Origin: Lama glama
Lineage: Eukaryota
Direction: 5' to 3'
Assembly: GCA_028534125.1 (NCBI GenBank)
Contig: CM052816.1
Coordinates: forward strand, 14,014,001 to 14,078,000
DNA length: 64,000 nt
Shown here piece by piece: positions 48,336 to 61,389 of this stretch. The notes beneath the pieces are model-generated. The model had not been told where the DNA came from, did not search any database, and saw nothing but the letters and a program-made list of their open reading frames with translations. The translations under genes were made by a program, and so were the position numbers. Position 1 is the stretch's first letter. Each line of letters starts with the position of its first letter.

Positions 48336-51300
48336 GGCAGAGTAGGGGAAATCAACTAATAGATAGATACACAGATAAATAAATAAATAAATAAATAAAT
48401 AAATGTAAGTAAGTAAATAAAACGTCAAAGTTCTATTTCTCATTTTGAGTAGAAGGGATGTGATTTACCCAAGATCATATGGATAGCTGCTGGCAGAGTC
48501 AAGATAATGACTTAAATATCCCAACTCCCAGACTTTTAAAATTTCCACCGTATCAAACAACACATTTGGACTCGTGACAGTCTCAAACAGGTACCTTTCA
48601 GGGCCCTGAATTGAATTACTGGTTGGATCTGCATCAGCTTAAAAAAAAAATCAAAATGACATTGGTGGATCTTAATCTGGGACTCTTGCTTCCAGACATT
48701 TTACCTTATAAAATAAAAGCCTTCTCACTTGCATACATCTAGCCTAGAGACAATCAAACATCAGCCCTTTCCATTTGCCCCCACACACTATGTCAATTAT
48801 ACCTCTAATGACTGTGAGCGAGTGAATGGGTGGGGGAGGGAAGACTAGCCCTGAAGTTTTAACTTCCTATTTTTATTAAAATTCTTAAGTTTAATCTTTC
48901 CTCTCTCTTTCCCATCTAGGATGGTTGGGGCTCATGCAACTGTGCATGGTCCAACTCTTATTCACCCTTCAAATCCCACCCTAGACTCCTCTTCCTCCGG
49001 GAAGACCTCCCTGATTTCTCCAGGATAATTTAGGAGCCCTTCATCTGGGCTCCCACAAGCCCTCTCTTTGCTCTATTAAAAAAAAAAAAAAAAAGAATAA
49101 ACCTCATCACACTAACTTTTATTGCCTGTCTGCTTGTTGGTCTCCACCACTGGATCACACCCTTCATAAGGGCAGAGCTGAGATGTCTGGGGCGAGCCTG
49201 TGCCCAGCCCACAGAGCACACGCAGTAATTCACTGAGTGCAACTCCACTGAACGAGCTGGCCCAACCCTGCTCCTCGCCACATCTTCGATGACTCCAGGA
49301 GCACAGGCTGGGGCCAGCTCTTCCCAAGCAGTTCTGGGGAAGCTTTTCTTCTGCCTGTTGTTTCAGGTGTCCTGTATCACATCCCCTTTGGGACAGGAAG
49401 TGTCCTGTGTCACTGTTTTCTCCTCTTGTTCTGATATCAAAGGCTGGACCAGGGAGTTCCTGAGCAAAGATCGGGGGCTTGGGTCCAGTTACCCACCACC
49501 TGCTAGAACAGCGACTTGGCCGCATTGCCAAGTGGGGAACAACACATGCTTTATTAAATAATAACAACATAATACATACTGCTCCCTCCAACCGGTCATT
49601 TCAGCTCAGGGATCAGCTTTAAAGTCTCGCCAGGGTGGGACAAGGAGTACGGGCTTCACAGGTGGCAGGAGGGACAGGATATTTGCAGGATGCAAATTTC
49701 CGGGGTTGCATGGATTTGACCATGGAGCAGTTTTTTGCTCATTCTCCTCCTTCCCAGGAAGACTCCAAACAGAAACTGTACCCTACTGGTATCCGTGACA
49801 GTAAGCACAGCTCAGCGTGGTGGGAAAACAGCCAGACAACACAGGTTTGATTCCAGCTCCCTCCCTCCCCTAGCCTGGGAGCTGGGCAGGTTATTTGGGC
49901 TCTCAGAGACACAGGTCCATTCTCCATGGACGGTGGTCAACATCTTCCTCATGGGACTGTGAGCAGAACTGGAGCTCATCAGATAACCAAGCATGTTGCA
50001 CACAATATATTACACACTACACAGAGTACTATAAAACCGCGACAGGATCCAGGAAAACTGCTCCTGTGAATGGGAATTGTGAAAGTATGAACGAGCAGGC
50101 TTGCCAGTGGGTTCCAGACTCAACTAGAAGGAGCAGCACACAGATACCTGCTAGAAATTCACAACGTACTCCATCAAAGTGACCAGACTTGCCGGGGCCA
50201 CATGGATACACGCACAGGCACAGATGCTGCATTTCTTTTTCTCATTCCTCACCCCCGCCCCCGTTCTCCAGGGCCCCAGATTTTCACAAGCCAAACAGCT
50301 GACATGGTGACACCAAGGATCTCACCAGGGCTGAGAAGACTGAATTTTTGTACAGCACTGTCTTTTATATTTTATACACACACACACACACACACAAGCA
50401 TACATCACCAACGCAGAAAAATTTAGCCCCAAATTTCATGTGTTTCTGTTTAGGGACATGTTCGCCCACATGGGGATCTTCTGGTCTTTGAACTGAACTC
50501 AGCATTCAGACACACCATCACCTGGTTGGGGGGGGGTGTGCAGGAAGCAGTCAGCGCCCAGGTCCCTGAACAGTATCTTTGTCCTCAGTGTCCCAATATC
50601 CCTGAAAGCCTGTCTCCCCAAGGAGCCTTTTGCCACCAAGGTCTGCCCAGAGTGCCTTCTGATTTTCCTCCAATCCATCCCCTACACACCAGTGACCAGA
50701 GCCCCACTTCTGCCCTCGTTCCCTCTCACCTGGACTAGAGCCACAGGCTCCCCATCGTCTTCCCGGCTGTGGTATTCCGCTGCCCTGCCCTTCCCCAAAT
50801 CTGCCCTCCACTCTGCAATCAAAAGGGTCCCGCTAAAAAGCTCAGGCCACGGAAGTCCCTTCCTAGGATGCTTCAGCCCCATGGCCTAGGGGCTCCATCC
50901 CACATCCCTCCGGAAGGCACACAAGTCCCACCTCGTTCCGCAGCTGCCACTCCACACCGCTCAGTCCTCCCTCGTCTTATCAAACTGCTTGCACTGCCCC
51001 CTCACTCTCCGTGCTGCCCCCCCACCCCCACCCCTTGCTATCTCTTCCAACTTCCTGGAAAGTCCTTCCCATCTCTGGCTAACTCCTATCATTCTTCCTA
51101 ACTCACTCGGGCATCATTTCCTCTAGGATGTGCTCTCTAGAACCACAGTTTGAGCCAAAGACCCTTCCTCTGGTCCCATGGTCTCCAGTTTTAACTAGTT
51201 TAAACTGGAATTATAGGTACATGAGCCCAACTCCCCAACTAGATATTACCTTCCTCCAGGAAGGAGTGGGCTGGATCCCGACCATTCCCCCAGCACCAAG

Positions 51301-51724
51301 CTCTGTGAGTGAACACTGCACACAACCAACACATTTGCTGAACTGAAATGAACTTCAAACTCCCAAACAGAATCCCAAAGGGCATTTCAACCGACAGCCC
51401 CTACATCCAAGGAAGGGGAGACACAGAAGGCTTTCAGGCTGAGGGAGCCCATGCTCGGCCGTGGGAGACCCTGGGTCCCAGAGGCTCAGAGCAACAGGAG
51501 GCCATTCGAGCATCACCGAGGGAGAGAGCTGGCGTTACCATGAAGCTGCCTGGGGCGTGGTCAGCCGTACCAGCCACACCAGTTTCGGGACTGCTCATCT
51601 CAAAATGGGACTGGCTACTTTTGAGGGCAGGCACATGCTTATGCTCAGGAAGACACAAAGGCACAGGATCAGAAGGGACACTCTCCTGGACAGTCACTCT
51701 AATACTTCAAAGCATCTTTTAAAC

Positions 51725-51955
51725 AGGTAACATTTAGTGAGTACTTGCTATGTCCCAGGCATGTGTGTCAGTTCATTTAATCTTCAAAATGGTCCCATGA
51801 AGTGAGTACTAGGAGTTGCCCCCATTTTCATATGTAGACACCGAGGCCCAGGAGGGTTAAATAAGTTGCCTGAGGTTATACAAACAGCAAGAGGCAGCCG
51901 TGGGATTCCAACTCAGGCATGTAGCTTCGGAGTCCACGTTAACCACTGCAACACA
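51725..51955 (-). mobile_element. MIR SINE
   Basis: TCATTTAATCTTCA..CCCATTTT..GAGGCCCAGGAGGGTTAAATAAGTTGCCTGAGGT..GGGATTCCAACTCAGGCA. Confidence 0.75.
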
Positions 51956-54169
51956 TAGCCCTTCTTGCAAACACTTTACAGTAAGAGAGAAAGCTGAGTT
52001 ATGAAATTAGTTGCACATGTCTTTTTTTTTTTTAAGATAAAATATAGGACTTCAACACCTAGACCTTGTTCACCCCTCCAAGCTCATTTCTTTCATCCAC
52101 CCCGACTCCAGCCACTGTGGTCTCTTCTCAGTTTCTGGAAGGTGCCACATTCATTTCTGACAAGGAATCACACATGCTCACCCTCTGCTGGGAAGGCTCT
52201 GTAGACTCTGCCAGCTCTTGACCCAGACAGCCCTGTGTCCTCCATGTCTGGGCTCAGACATCACCCACTCAGGTGGGTCATGCCTGACGACCCTCTCTCC
52301 AGGTGCCCCTGCTTCTCCATCCCAGCATCCCGCAGCAAGGTTCCCTGTGGGTGGGCCCGTGGTCACCTTCTACCTCTGGACACTCTTTCCCACCCTGCAG
52401 CACACAGGTCACGAGGGCAGGAACCTTTCTGTTTTGTTCACCTGGAACCGCACAATGAAGTGCTCAAACGCTCACTGGATGAATGAACAAATGGACAAAT
52501 GAACTAAGTACTCAAAGGAAGGAAGGGCTGCGGGAAGGGAGGAACTGCTGTCTGAGGCTCTCAGCTCTGGGAGATACACACACACCAAGAGCAGCAATGT
52601 GGTGGTGGAAAAATTTAAGATGAGACTTACGAACCCATGCTTTTGCAGAAAGTGACCTAACGAAATCTCCAACCAGTGCATCTGTTTTGGTTGCTCCTAT
52701 GAACGTGAACTTTGCCCTCTGAAGAGGCAGTCCCTGGAGAGGACCATGGAACTGCCCAGGCCTCCAAGGATGACCTTGGGTGGCCCCCAGGCAAGGCTGG
52801 AGAGGCAAGCACCCCCAACGCTGCTTGGAACTCTTACTCCAACTCCTCTGGGCTGGAAGCGCCCAGCATCCCTAGAGGGACTCCCGTGGGAAGGAGCTCA
52901 CACAATTCCTATAAGCCTCAAATGTAAGAGCCAAACCTGAGCCTGTACCATCTGAACTCAAGGCTGCGCTTCACCATGCAAAAGGGAGGGCAGGGTGCAG
53001 AGCTCCGGGTGCTGCAGCCCCAGGAGAGAGCGGAAATCAAGCGTTGAGCACAGCTAACCTTTGGCGCACGTTTGGCACACACCTGAAGCTCTTCCACCCA
53101 CACCAGTAGGAAAGTGTTTCTGAAGGGCAGCCGAGGGGAAGCAGGTAGGGAGGGGACCGTTATTAAAAAGAGAACTCGAGCCACAGGAGAGGAAATGTCT
53201 CTGCGATTGCTCCCAGCAGGTCACCATTGTGGAAGAGAAGTAATACCATTTAAAAAGTGCCAAACAGGAAGGAAGGGCATGGTGGGGGGATGACGGAGAT
53301 CAGAGAAGGTCAAAAAAAAAAAAAAAAGAAAAGAAAGAAAGAAAGAAAGAAAAAGAAAACAAACAAATGTCCTTCTTTGAATAAAAATGTTCTGCAGGGA
53401 GACACCTCTGCAAGTTTCTCTCCCTCTGTTTTAAAGAGCTTTTTTTTTTTTCCTAATGTACAATTTTTTCTTTGGCAGGGAGGGGCAGGTCTTCTCTGCT
53501 TCTCTCCCCCCTTTATTTTTGGCTCCCTCAGCAGGCCGCCTACACCTTCTGGGTTCCAAGAGCGTCCTGAGGATACTTACTAACAGGAAGCCAGGCGAGG
53601 CGGGAATGGACACAGTCGTTAGGTGACATAAGCCTGCTGACAACCTGCCAACTCAGCCTATTGAAGATGTAACTGAAAAGCCAGCATTTCACTCCAACTA
53701 GGTCACCTCCAAGGGCTGTGGATGTCAGCTGGGCGCTCGCCACAGACCGAGCACTGAGGAGCCAAGGGGTGAGCGGTTTCCCGGGGGGACACGCGGAGGT
53801 CAAGGGGACGAGGAGGAGGTGGAGGCTGAGGAGGGATTTGTGAGAACGGATAAAACGAGAGAAGGGGAAGGAGACATCCACAGGCAAGCGGGTGTCCAAA
53901 AGCCAGCCGGAGAGATGCGGCTGTCAGGTTTGAGCAGGCCAGTCCTGTGGCAATGGGCTCTCATTCCTCACACATGCCCTTCTATTTGCTTGCTAAGCAC
54001 TGTCTCTGTTAAACCACAGAATTCCCCCAGATAAAGCGTCAGTCCCTTAAGGCAAGGACTGTGTTATCTCGTTGGGGTCTTCAATTTCACCAAATACCAC
54101 GCCACACCCAAAGTCAACATGCAATAAATGCCCGATGAATGCGTGATCATGAAAAGAAAAATACAGTTA

Positions 54170-54580
54170 ATAAAGGAACACTGGGCTCTAGGGTCAGTCA
54201 GACTTGGCTGAGACACCCGGCTCCTTGTCTCATTAGTTATGTCCCTTTGAGAAACTTTTCTCAAGCTCTTGACACATTCCAGCTCCTCATTCATAAAATA
54301 AGGGCAAGGCGGTGGGGGAGGGTACAGTTCAGGGGTAGAGTGTGTGCTTAGCATGCAAGAGGTTCTGGGTTCGATCCCAGTACCTCCATTTAAAAAAATA
54401 ATTAATAAATAAACCTAATTACCTCCCCCCTCCAGAAAATAAAATAAAATAAGGACAACAGTCTGGTCTAACTCATATAGTTCCTGTGAGGGTTGAGTGA
54501 GGAGCAAGGTCTTACACACAAAGCACTGAGTGATGTGCCTGGCATTAAATAAACACTCAGTAACTGTGAGTTATTGTTAC
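54170..54580 (+). mobile_element. MIR SINE split by younger SINE
   Basis: MIR 5' half ends CTCCTCATTCATAAAAT; the 3' half resumes after 54458 (GTGAGGGTTGAGTGAG..GTGCCTGGCA). Confidence 0.65.
54314..54445 (+). mobile_element. tRNA-derived SINE (Vic-1-like) with TSD
   Basis: GGGGAGGGTACAGTTCAGGGGTAGAG..GGTTCGATCCCAGTACCTCC..AAACCTAATTACCTCCCC; TSD AAAATAAGG(G/A)CAA at 54295-54307 and 54446-54458. Confidence 0.9.
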
Positions 54581-54999
54581 CGTAATATTTCAACTACTAT
54601 TATTATTGCAAATGATGACAGGCTACCCCTTGGCTTTGGGTTTCCTGGAGAGCCTCCAAGTATACCCAAGCTTCACTCAGCAGATGGATGCGAGCAGCCC
54701 CAGGTAAACAGCTTCCTCTCTCAATGGGTGACAGACGGGCAAGATCAATGGGGGTTTTTTCAGCAAGGCATTTTACAACATCGCTCAGCCTCCCCTTGTG
54801 GGGAGGAGTGGAAGAGGCGGCCAGATGAGCAATCAAGTGACTGAGACCTGGCTGAGCATCCACACGCACATTTCTCTCTCAGATTGTGCCCTCTAGACTG
54901 TTTGTTCACAGGTTGTTATTAGGTGTTACCTAGCAGGGCAGGGCAGAATTTAATGGTCAAATACATTTGGGAAACTGTTTAACAATTTCTCTTGTCAGA

Positions 55000-56300
55000 T
55001 TTTTTTTTAATATAAGCATCGTGAGTCTTCAAGAAAGGGTCATGGTATTTAGCACTATCCCAATATACGCAGTTATAGGGTTCCATTTTTGAGGACCATC
55101 CTGCAGTCTAGTGCCCCTCAGGATGCACTTCAAGAAACGTTCATCCATTGTCTGCGGGGTGTGTGACATCAACCCTGCCGGGAGTGCCTGGGGGGCATGC
55201 TGCGGCTTTGCTCTTGACTCTGTCTGGTTCAACATCATTAATTTGCCGGCATGCTGATCGAAAGATGATCCTAAGCTGGACAGAGAAGCTGATAGGAGAG
55301 ATGGTATAATCAGCACGATGGACTAATGAGGCACTTCAACGGGATAAATATCAGGTCCCGCGTACAACATCCAGAAACAACACAGAGCATTCAGGATGGT
55401 GGAAAATGGGGTTCAATGGAGCACAGGCCTAAATGACGGGACACTTAACTATGAAGGAAAAAAAAACAAGAAGCCAAGTCATAAGTGCCTGAGCCTCTGG
55501 ATCAAGCTCTGCTTGAAGGCGGATCCAACCACAAGCCCAGGGCCCTGTGACATATATCAACAGATTCTCTCTAAATGTTGAATTTTTATTTTTTCTTTTT
55601 TAAGTATGACAGTATACAGTCAAGTATACTAAGGTCTCCAAAGAAGATACACTTTTAGGAAGAAATGAAAGAAGTCTCAGGTCAAATCAGAGAGCGATGT
55701 CTCACCTTTCTGGATGGTCAGATGACTACTGGAGTTTAGCTTGTGATGGTTTTGGGGGGCCAACCTTAGAGGGACACAGATAAACTAGGAAAATTTGGCA
55801 AGATGAACAGGACATCTAAAACCACGTTATGCAAAGAATTATGGAAAAGCAATTTTAAAAAGACAGACGAGATACTTGGGAGGGCCTAGCCTTTCAAATA
55901 GATTTGTGAGGGACACGGCATCCCCTGAAGAAGGAATCCGATGCTCCTTAACTTCTAGGGAGAACAGATACACTTGAAAACCTGTTGAAATCTAGGGAAA
56001 GTCTCTCCAGGAAAATTTACATGCCAACAACATTCTGCAAACGTTTTAGCATGACTTGTGTGATGTCCCCACGCCCACCCTTACCAAAGTAATGAACTAA
56101 GAGCGACGGACGCTATGACAAGGAAGCCAGCGTCAGCTCGGTAAGAAACACACACTTCCATCATGCAGGCCATCAGAAACAGGAAGCGCTGACTGGCAAG
56201 TAGGGAGCGTCTCTTCACTGGAGGTGCTCAAGTGAAAATTCGAAGCATGTTTTCAGGGAGGTAACAGAAAGATTCAAACACACCACTGGACTCAATGAGC
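55000..56300 (+). mobile_element. L3/CR1 LINE, degenerate ORF2 3' part with interruptions
   Basis: CR1-like blocks TGTCTGGTTCAACAT, GATGATCCTAAGCTGG, TTCAACGGGATAAAT, GGGACACAGATAAACTAG and TCACTGGAGGTGCTCAAG. Confidence 0.55.
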
Positions 56301-57429
56301 CAAGGTCTTTCAGGATTTCGCTACTTAAAATGTGGTCTGAGGACCAAGAGCATCACCTGGGAACTTGTTAGACATGCAGAACCTCAGGTGACTCGTAGGC
56401 ATGTCCGTGTTTAAAAAGCACTGCTCTAAAGTAGCCAAGATTTTCTAAGGGAAGAGAAATAAAAGTACCATGGTCTGTCAGCAGCAGCATTTGCCTATGC
56501 CTCCAGAGATCTGCCCTTTTAATTCTAAGTAAGTTTGGGGTTTGAGGGTGTAAAGTGGGGACCCTTCTCTAAATCCCTGTTTCATCCTCCACCTATTACA
56601 TGAGTTATTTCTTTGTCTTCTCCAACACTATAGAGGGAGAACTGGGGGAAGGATGAAATAATTCTACTATGCCTCTAATCCTGGTCCAGAATTTAAAGAA
56701 CGAAAAAGTAATTTAAAATAGTTATCTTCACGATCGTCTCCTTACTAAAAATAAAGGTAAGATTTATCACACACTCACGTGGGCCACCAACACTGCTACA
56801 TGGTTTTTTATCCCTTCTTTTACTTAGTCTTCATAATAACCCTGAAAGGTAGTTATTTATTTTCTTTCATTTTACAGATGGTGAATCTGAAGCTCAGAAA
56901 GGGGAAGTGACTTGCTCAAGGCCACACAGCCAGTAAATGGGGGTGCCAGGCCTTGATGCCAAAGTTCAAGTTCTTAACCACTCAACGGCACACCTTTAGA
57001 GGAAATCTCCAGCCTTCCGCTCTTTTCAATAAGCAGTAAAGGTAGCCTGGGGCTGTCAAGTTCCCACAGAGCTCATCCACGGCATCCAGGGATGTAGCCG
57101 GGCTGCTGGCTGGGCAGCTCCACACACAGGTGCACCAGGGTCTCAGATCTCAGCCCTCCGCTATACTCGTTCATTACACAGGAAGACTCAGAGGTCATGC
57201 TTTCAAATCCTGGCCCCTTCCTCATTATCTGCTCCAGCATCAGACTCCTCCCAGTCCTGTATTGACTTGCTTTATCTCCTGGCTGCTGTCCCATCTCCAT
57301 TAGATCCCAGGCATTTGAGCAAAGTACACAGCTCTCCAGTCCTGGCTGAATGGGAATCGACTCGCCATTCCTTCTCTGTAATTTTGGGCACAGTCTGGGA
57401 GGACTGAGAAGGTGTCATTGACTTGGAAT

Positions 57430-57600
57430 TACAGTTCTTTGTTACAGAATGAATTTCCGGACTGCGCCGAAGAGGCGAGGACTCCCCCTCGCACTCACAC
57501 AAGCAGCTTTGTTCCCCTTCAAAGTGGCCCTCTAATTGCGCTGTGCACATTCATCCTGGACTCTGCTGCTTCTCGAGGAGGAACCGTATCAAAGAGAACT
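57430..57600. promoter_or_regulatory. Second candidate TCF/LEF-SOX motif cluster
   Basis: CTTTGTT (57437, 57507), TTCAAAG (57518) and ATCAAAG (57588) in apparently unique sequence. Confidence 0.35.
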
Positions 57601-58375
57601 CAGACTTCCTCCAGACTGAACATCTGCAGCCTTCATGTGGAAATTAATCATGGGCTGCAAATTCCCCCCTCTACCTCTGATTAACTTTTTTATTTCCTAC
57701 AGCTATTGTACTTTTGTACTCTTTGGCCTGAAATGCCCCAACCGAGTCCCTGAAGGCAGGACCCACCTTTTAGCTACCTTTGTCTCCATCTCATCAGGCC
57801 TGGCCTCCGTGAGATGTTCAACCACCACACAACTGACTGAAAACGAACCAACTGCATTTTACACATTACCACGCACATCTGCCGCCGTGTCCAAAAGTGA
57901 ATCCACTCTTTCAGGTAACAAACTTATTTGGAGGGAGGGTTGCAGGGGGCCAAAAAACAAAGTAAGCATATTGAGATCCTGAAGCAGATGGTGCTGTGTT
58001 AAAAAAAAAAAAAAAACCCTCACATTAGGATTCCATCTTTTAAGAGGTAACAAGAAAACTTGTTCCCGTGAGGTAGGACTAAGCCACTAATCCCCTTGGT
58101 ACAGCTGGAAACACAAAAGCTTCTTAACATTCAAGGACCCCACCCCATGCAGTGAGACAATAACTTGGCCAAAACTCCCTTCTCAGCTGCTCCTGTTACC
58201 TGCTCCCACTCCCAAACCACTTAAAGAGAATTCTGGGAATTTTAAAATAAAGTTGCTTGAGAAATGGGGCACGTTGTATCCAAAACAACAACAAAATTCT
58301 GGGTCATACTGGCTAGAAAAAGCAGGGTGTTTCCTCCAGTAATAAAGGGGTGGTGGTGGGGAATGAAGTAAATGA

Positions 58376-58875
58376 NNNNNNNNNNNNNNNNNNNNNNNNN
58401 NNNNNNNNNNNNNNNNNNNNNNNNNNNNNNNNNNNNNNNNNNNNNNNNNNNNNNNNNNNNNNNNNNNNNNNNNNNNNNNNNNNNNNNNNNNNNNNNNNNN
58501 NNNNNNNNNNNNNNNNNNNNNNNNNNNNNNNNNNNNNNNNNNNNNNNNNNNNNNNNNNNNNNNNNNNNNNNNNNNNNNNNNNNNNNNNNNNNNNNNNNNN
58601 NNNNNNNNNNNNNNNNNNNNNNNNNNNNNNNNNNNNNNNNNNNNNNNNNNNNNNNNNNNNNNNNNNNNNNNNNNNNNNNNNNNNNNNNNNNNNNNNNNNN
58701 NNNNNNNNNNNNNNNNNNNNNNNNNNNNNNNNNNNNNNNNNNNNNNNNNNNNNNNNNNNNNNNNNNNNNNNNNNNNNNNNNNNNNNNNNNNNNNNNNNNN
58801 NNNNNNNNNNNNNNNNNNNNNNNNNNNNNNNNNNNNNNNNNNNNNNNNNNNNNNNNNNNNNNNNNNNNNNNNNNN
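58376..58875. other. Assembly gap (500 N)
   Basis: Run of exactly 500 N next to a young L1. Confidence 0.99.
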
Positions 58876-59410
58876 ACAGCCTAAATGTCCATCAACAGAT
58901 GACTGAATAAAGAAGATGTAGTATATTTATATGATGGAATACTACTCAGCCATAAAAACTGACAACATAACGCCATTTGCAGCAACATGGATGTTCCTGG
59001 AGAATGTCATTCTAAGTGAAGTAAGCCAGAAAGAGAGGGAAAAATATCATATTAGATCACTCATATGAGGAATCTAAAAACAAAACAAAACAAAAACCAA
59101 AAAAAAAACAAATACAAAACAGAAAGAGACTCATAGACATAGAATACAAACTTGTGGTTGTCAAGGGGGCAGGGGGTGGGAAGGGACAGATGAGATTTTA
59201 AAATGCAGAATAGATAAACAAGATTATACTGTATAGCACAGGGAAATATATACAAGATCTTGCGGTAGCTCATAGCGAAAAAAAATGTGACAATGAATAT
59301 ATATATGTTCATGTATAACTGAAAAATTGTGCTCTACACTAGAATTTGACACAACATTGTAAAATGACTATTACTCAAAAAAAAAGTGTAAAAAAAGGAA
59401 AAAAAAAAAA
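58876..59410 (+). mobile_element. Young L1 3' end with poly(A); 5' part lost in gap
   Basis: CCTAAATGTCCATCAACAGATG, GGAATACTACTCAGCCATAAAA, CTAAGTGAAGTAAGCCAGA, TATAGCACAGGGAA, A-rich tail. Confidence 0.9.
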
Positions 59411-59489
59411 CTGGGTTCGAAGGGCCTTGAATACAAAGCTGGAAAACTCGAAGTTCAGGTTCTCAAAGGGGAAGTACCACTTCCCAGGC

Positions 59490-60295
59490 CCTCTGGATAT
59501 ACCACATTTGTTAATCCACTCATCAGTCAAGGGACATGAGTGTTTTTTCTGGGTTTTAACTGTCACAAGTAAAGCTGCTATGAATATTCCAGTAGGAGTC
59601 AGCTTGCTTCTTTACTTCTGGGTAAATATCTAGGGGCAGAATGGCTACATCTCACAGGCGTGGGATGTTTCACTTAAGAAACAGCCAAACTGTTTTCCAA
59701 AGTGGCTGTACTATTTTGCACTCCCACTAGCAGCGTAGCTGGGTGCCAGTACCCACATCCTTGCCAACACTTGGAACGGTGAGTCTTTCCAGTTTTAGCC
59801 ATTCTAATAGGTACCAGTGCTATCTCACTGTGGTTTTAATTTGCATTTTCCTGGCAACTAATGATGTGGGACATCTTTTCATGTGCTTATTTGCTATCCT
59901 TGTATCTTCTTTGATAAAGTATCTTTTCACATCATTTCCTCATTTTTTAAAATTGGTTGTTTTCTCATTATCCAGTTTAGAAGGTTTTTTTATATATATT
60001 CTAGATATGAATCCTTTTTTTTTTTTTTAGATAAGAATCCTTTATTGGAAATATGCTTTGCAAATATTTTCTCCCAGTCTGTGGCTTGTCTTTTCATTCC
60101 CTTAAGTGTCTTTTGAAGAACGAAAGTTTTCAGTTTTGAGGAAATCCAATTTATCCATTTTTTGTTTGATGGGTCAGCTTTTAGTGTCGTATCTAAGAAA
60201 TCTTTGCCTAAATCAAAGATCACAAAAATTTTCCTCCTATGTTTTCTTCCAGAAGTGTTATACTTTAGGTTGTAGCTTTAGGTTCCTGATCCATC
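59490..60295 (-). mobile_element. Old L1M ORF2 3' fragment
   Basis: Minus-strand ORF 59990-60223 contains the L1 ORF2 motif MKRQATDWEKIFAKHISNKG. Confidence 0.85.
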
Positions 60296-60760
60296 TCCAG
60301 GGGGCATTTTGGACACCTGTGTGGGCATTTTTGTTTGTTACAGTGACTGGAGGAAGGGGTTCAACTAGCAGCTGGTGGTCAGGGGAGCTCCAGATCTCAT
60401 AAAGCACAGGAAACATACACACCATGCACCACACGACTTTCAAATGTCCCGCCAAACATTCATGGGGGCAAATTGCTTATAATAACATAGCTATTCATTT
60501 AGCTCTTACTTCAAAATACCAAAACCTTTGAGGAAAGTTTGAAAAATATAGTTGCATCTTTCCTTACGTCTCTTCAATCCAGAGTTTTTCCTTAAAGCAC
60601 CTATTTCATCATCTCTTCTAGGGCACTTGTGCCTGTGCATTTATATATCGAATTACATATTTTATTATACACTAATTTCCTCTCATTTCTCCTTTTTAAT
60701 TCGATTATGGCATTAAATTAATTTTTTATCTTGTGTATGTAGCTGGTTATATTATCATAC
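60296..60760 (+). mobile_element. MER20B-like hAT-Charlie fragment
   Basis: CCAGGGGGCATTTTGGA..GTTACAGTGACTGG..ACGACTTTCAAATGTCCCGCCAAACATTCATG. Confidence 0.55.
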
Positions 60761-61389
60761 ATAAGCAACACGAAGAGATTAAAAACACTGAGCTGAATGA
60801 CAAAAAGAATCCGAATGATATGTATAACAATACCACTTAGATATTAAAATGTCACTATTGTGTAATTAAAACTTTTAGAGATTTGCACATGAATTAACTA
60901 CACAAATTTTATAAGCATGCAGAGAAAAGGATACACATTACACACATTAGAACAGTGGCCTCAGGGAAGGAGGAAATGGAAGTGGAGGAGGAGGAGGAAT
61001 GAGAAATAACAGCATCTCAGGGGAGGTACCCTGCTCCAGGGCTGACGAAGCAGCACCAGACACGAGATACAACGCGCTCAGTGCCCTGCCCCTCAGGACC
61101 ATCTAAAAAGCAATGTAATGTTTTTGAAGATTAAGTTGCCCAGGCCCATGCCTACCTTTATAGTTACATAGCTAAGAAGGTGAAGAAGAGATGGCCTCAT
61201 AGTCACTGCAGAAGAGCCAGGCATCACTCCTGCAAGATTTCCAGTATCACCAATGAGCAGGGTCCCAAATCATTAACATGAGGCCTGATGCAGGAGTCAG
61301 GGTCCTCAGAGGCAGTGTAAACTGTAAAACTGCCAAAGAGATACAGGTATGTGCAGGAAGAGAGGCAGAGAGGAATGTATTCCCGTGAA

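Noticed and set aside
7071..58239. Scattered isolated TTCnnnGAA (STAT) motifs, for example 7071, 20713, 41045, 51052, 58231
   Set aside because: Frequency is compatible with chance, and several lie within repeats.
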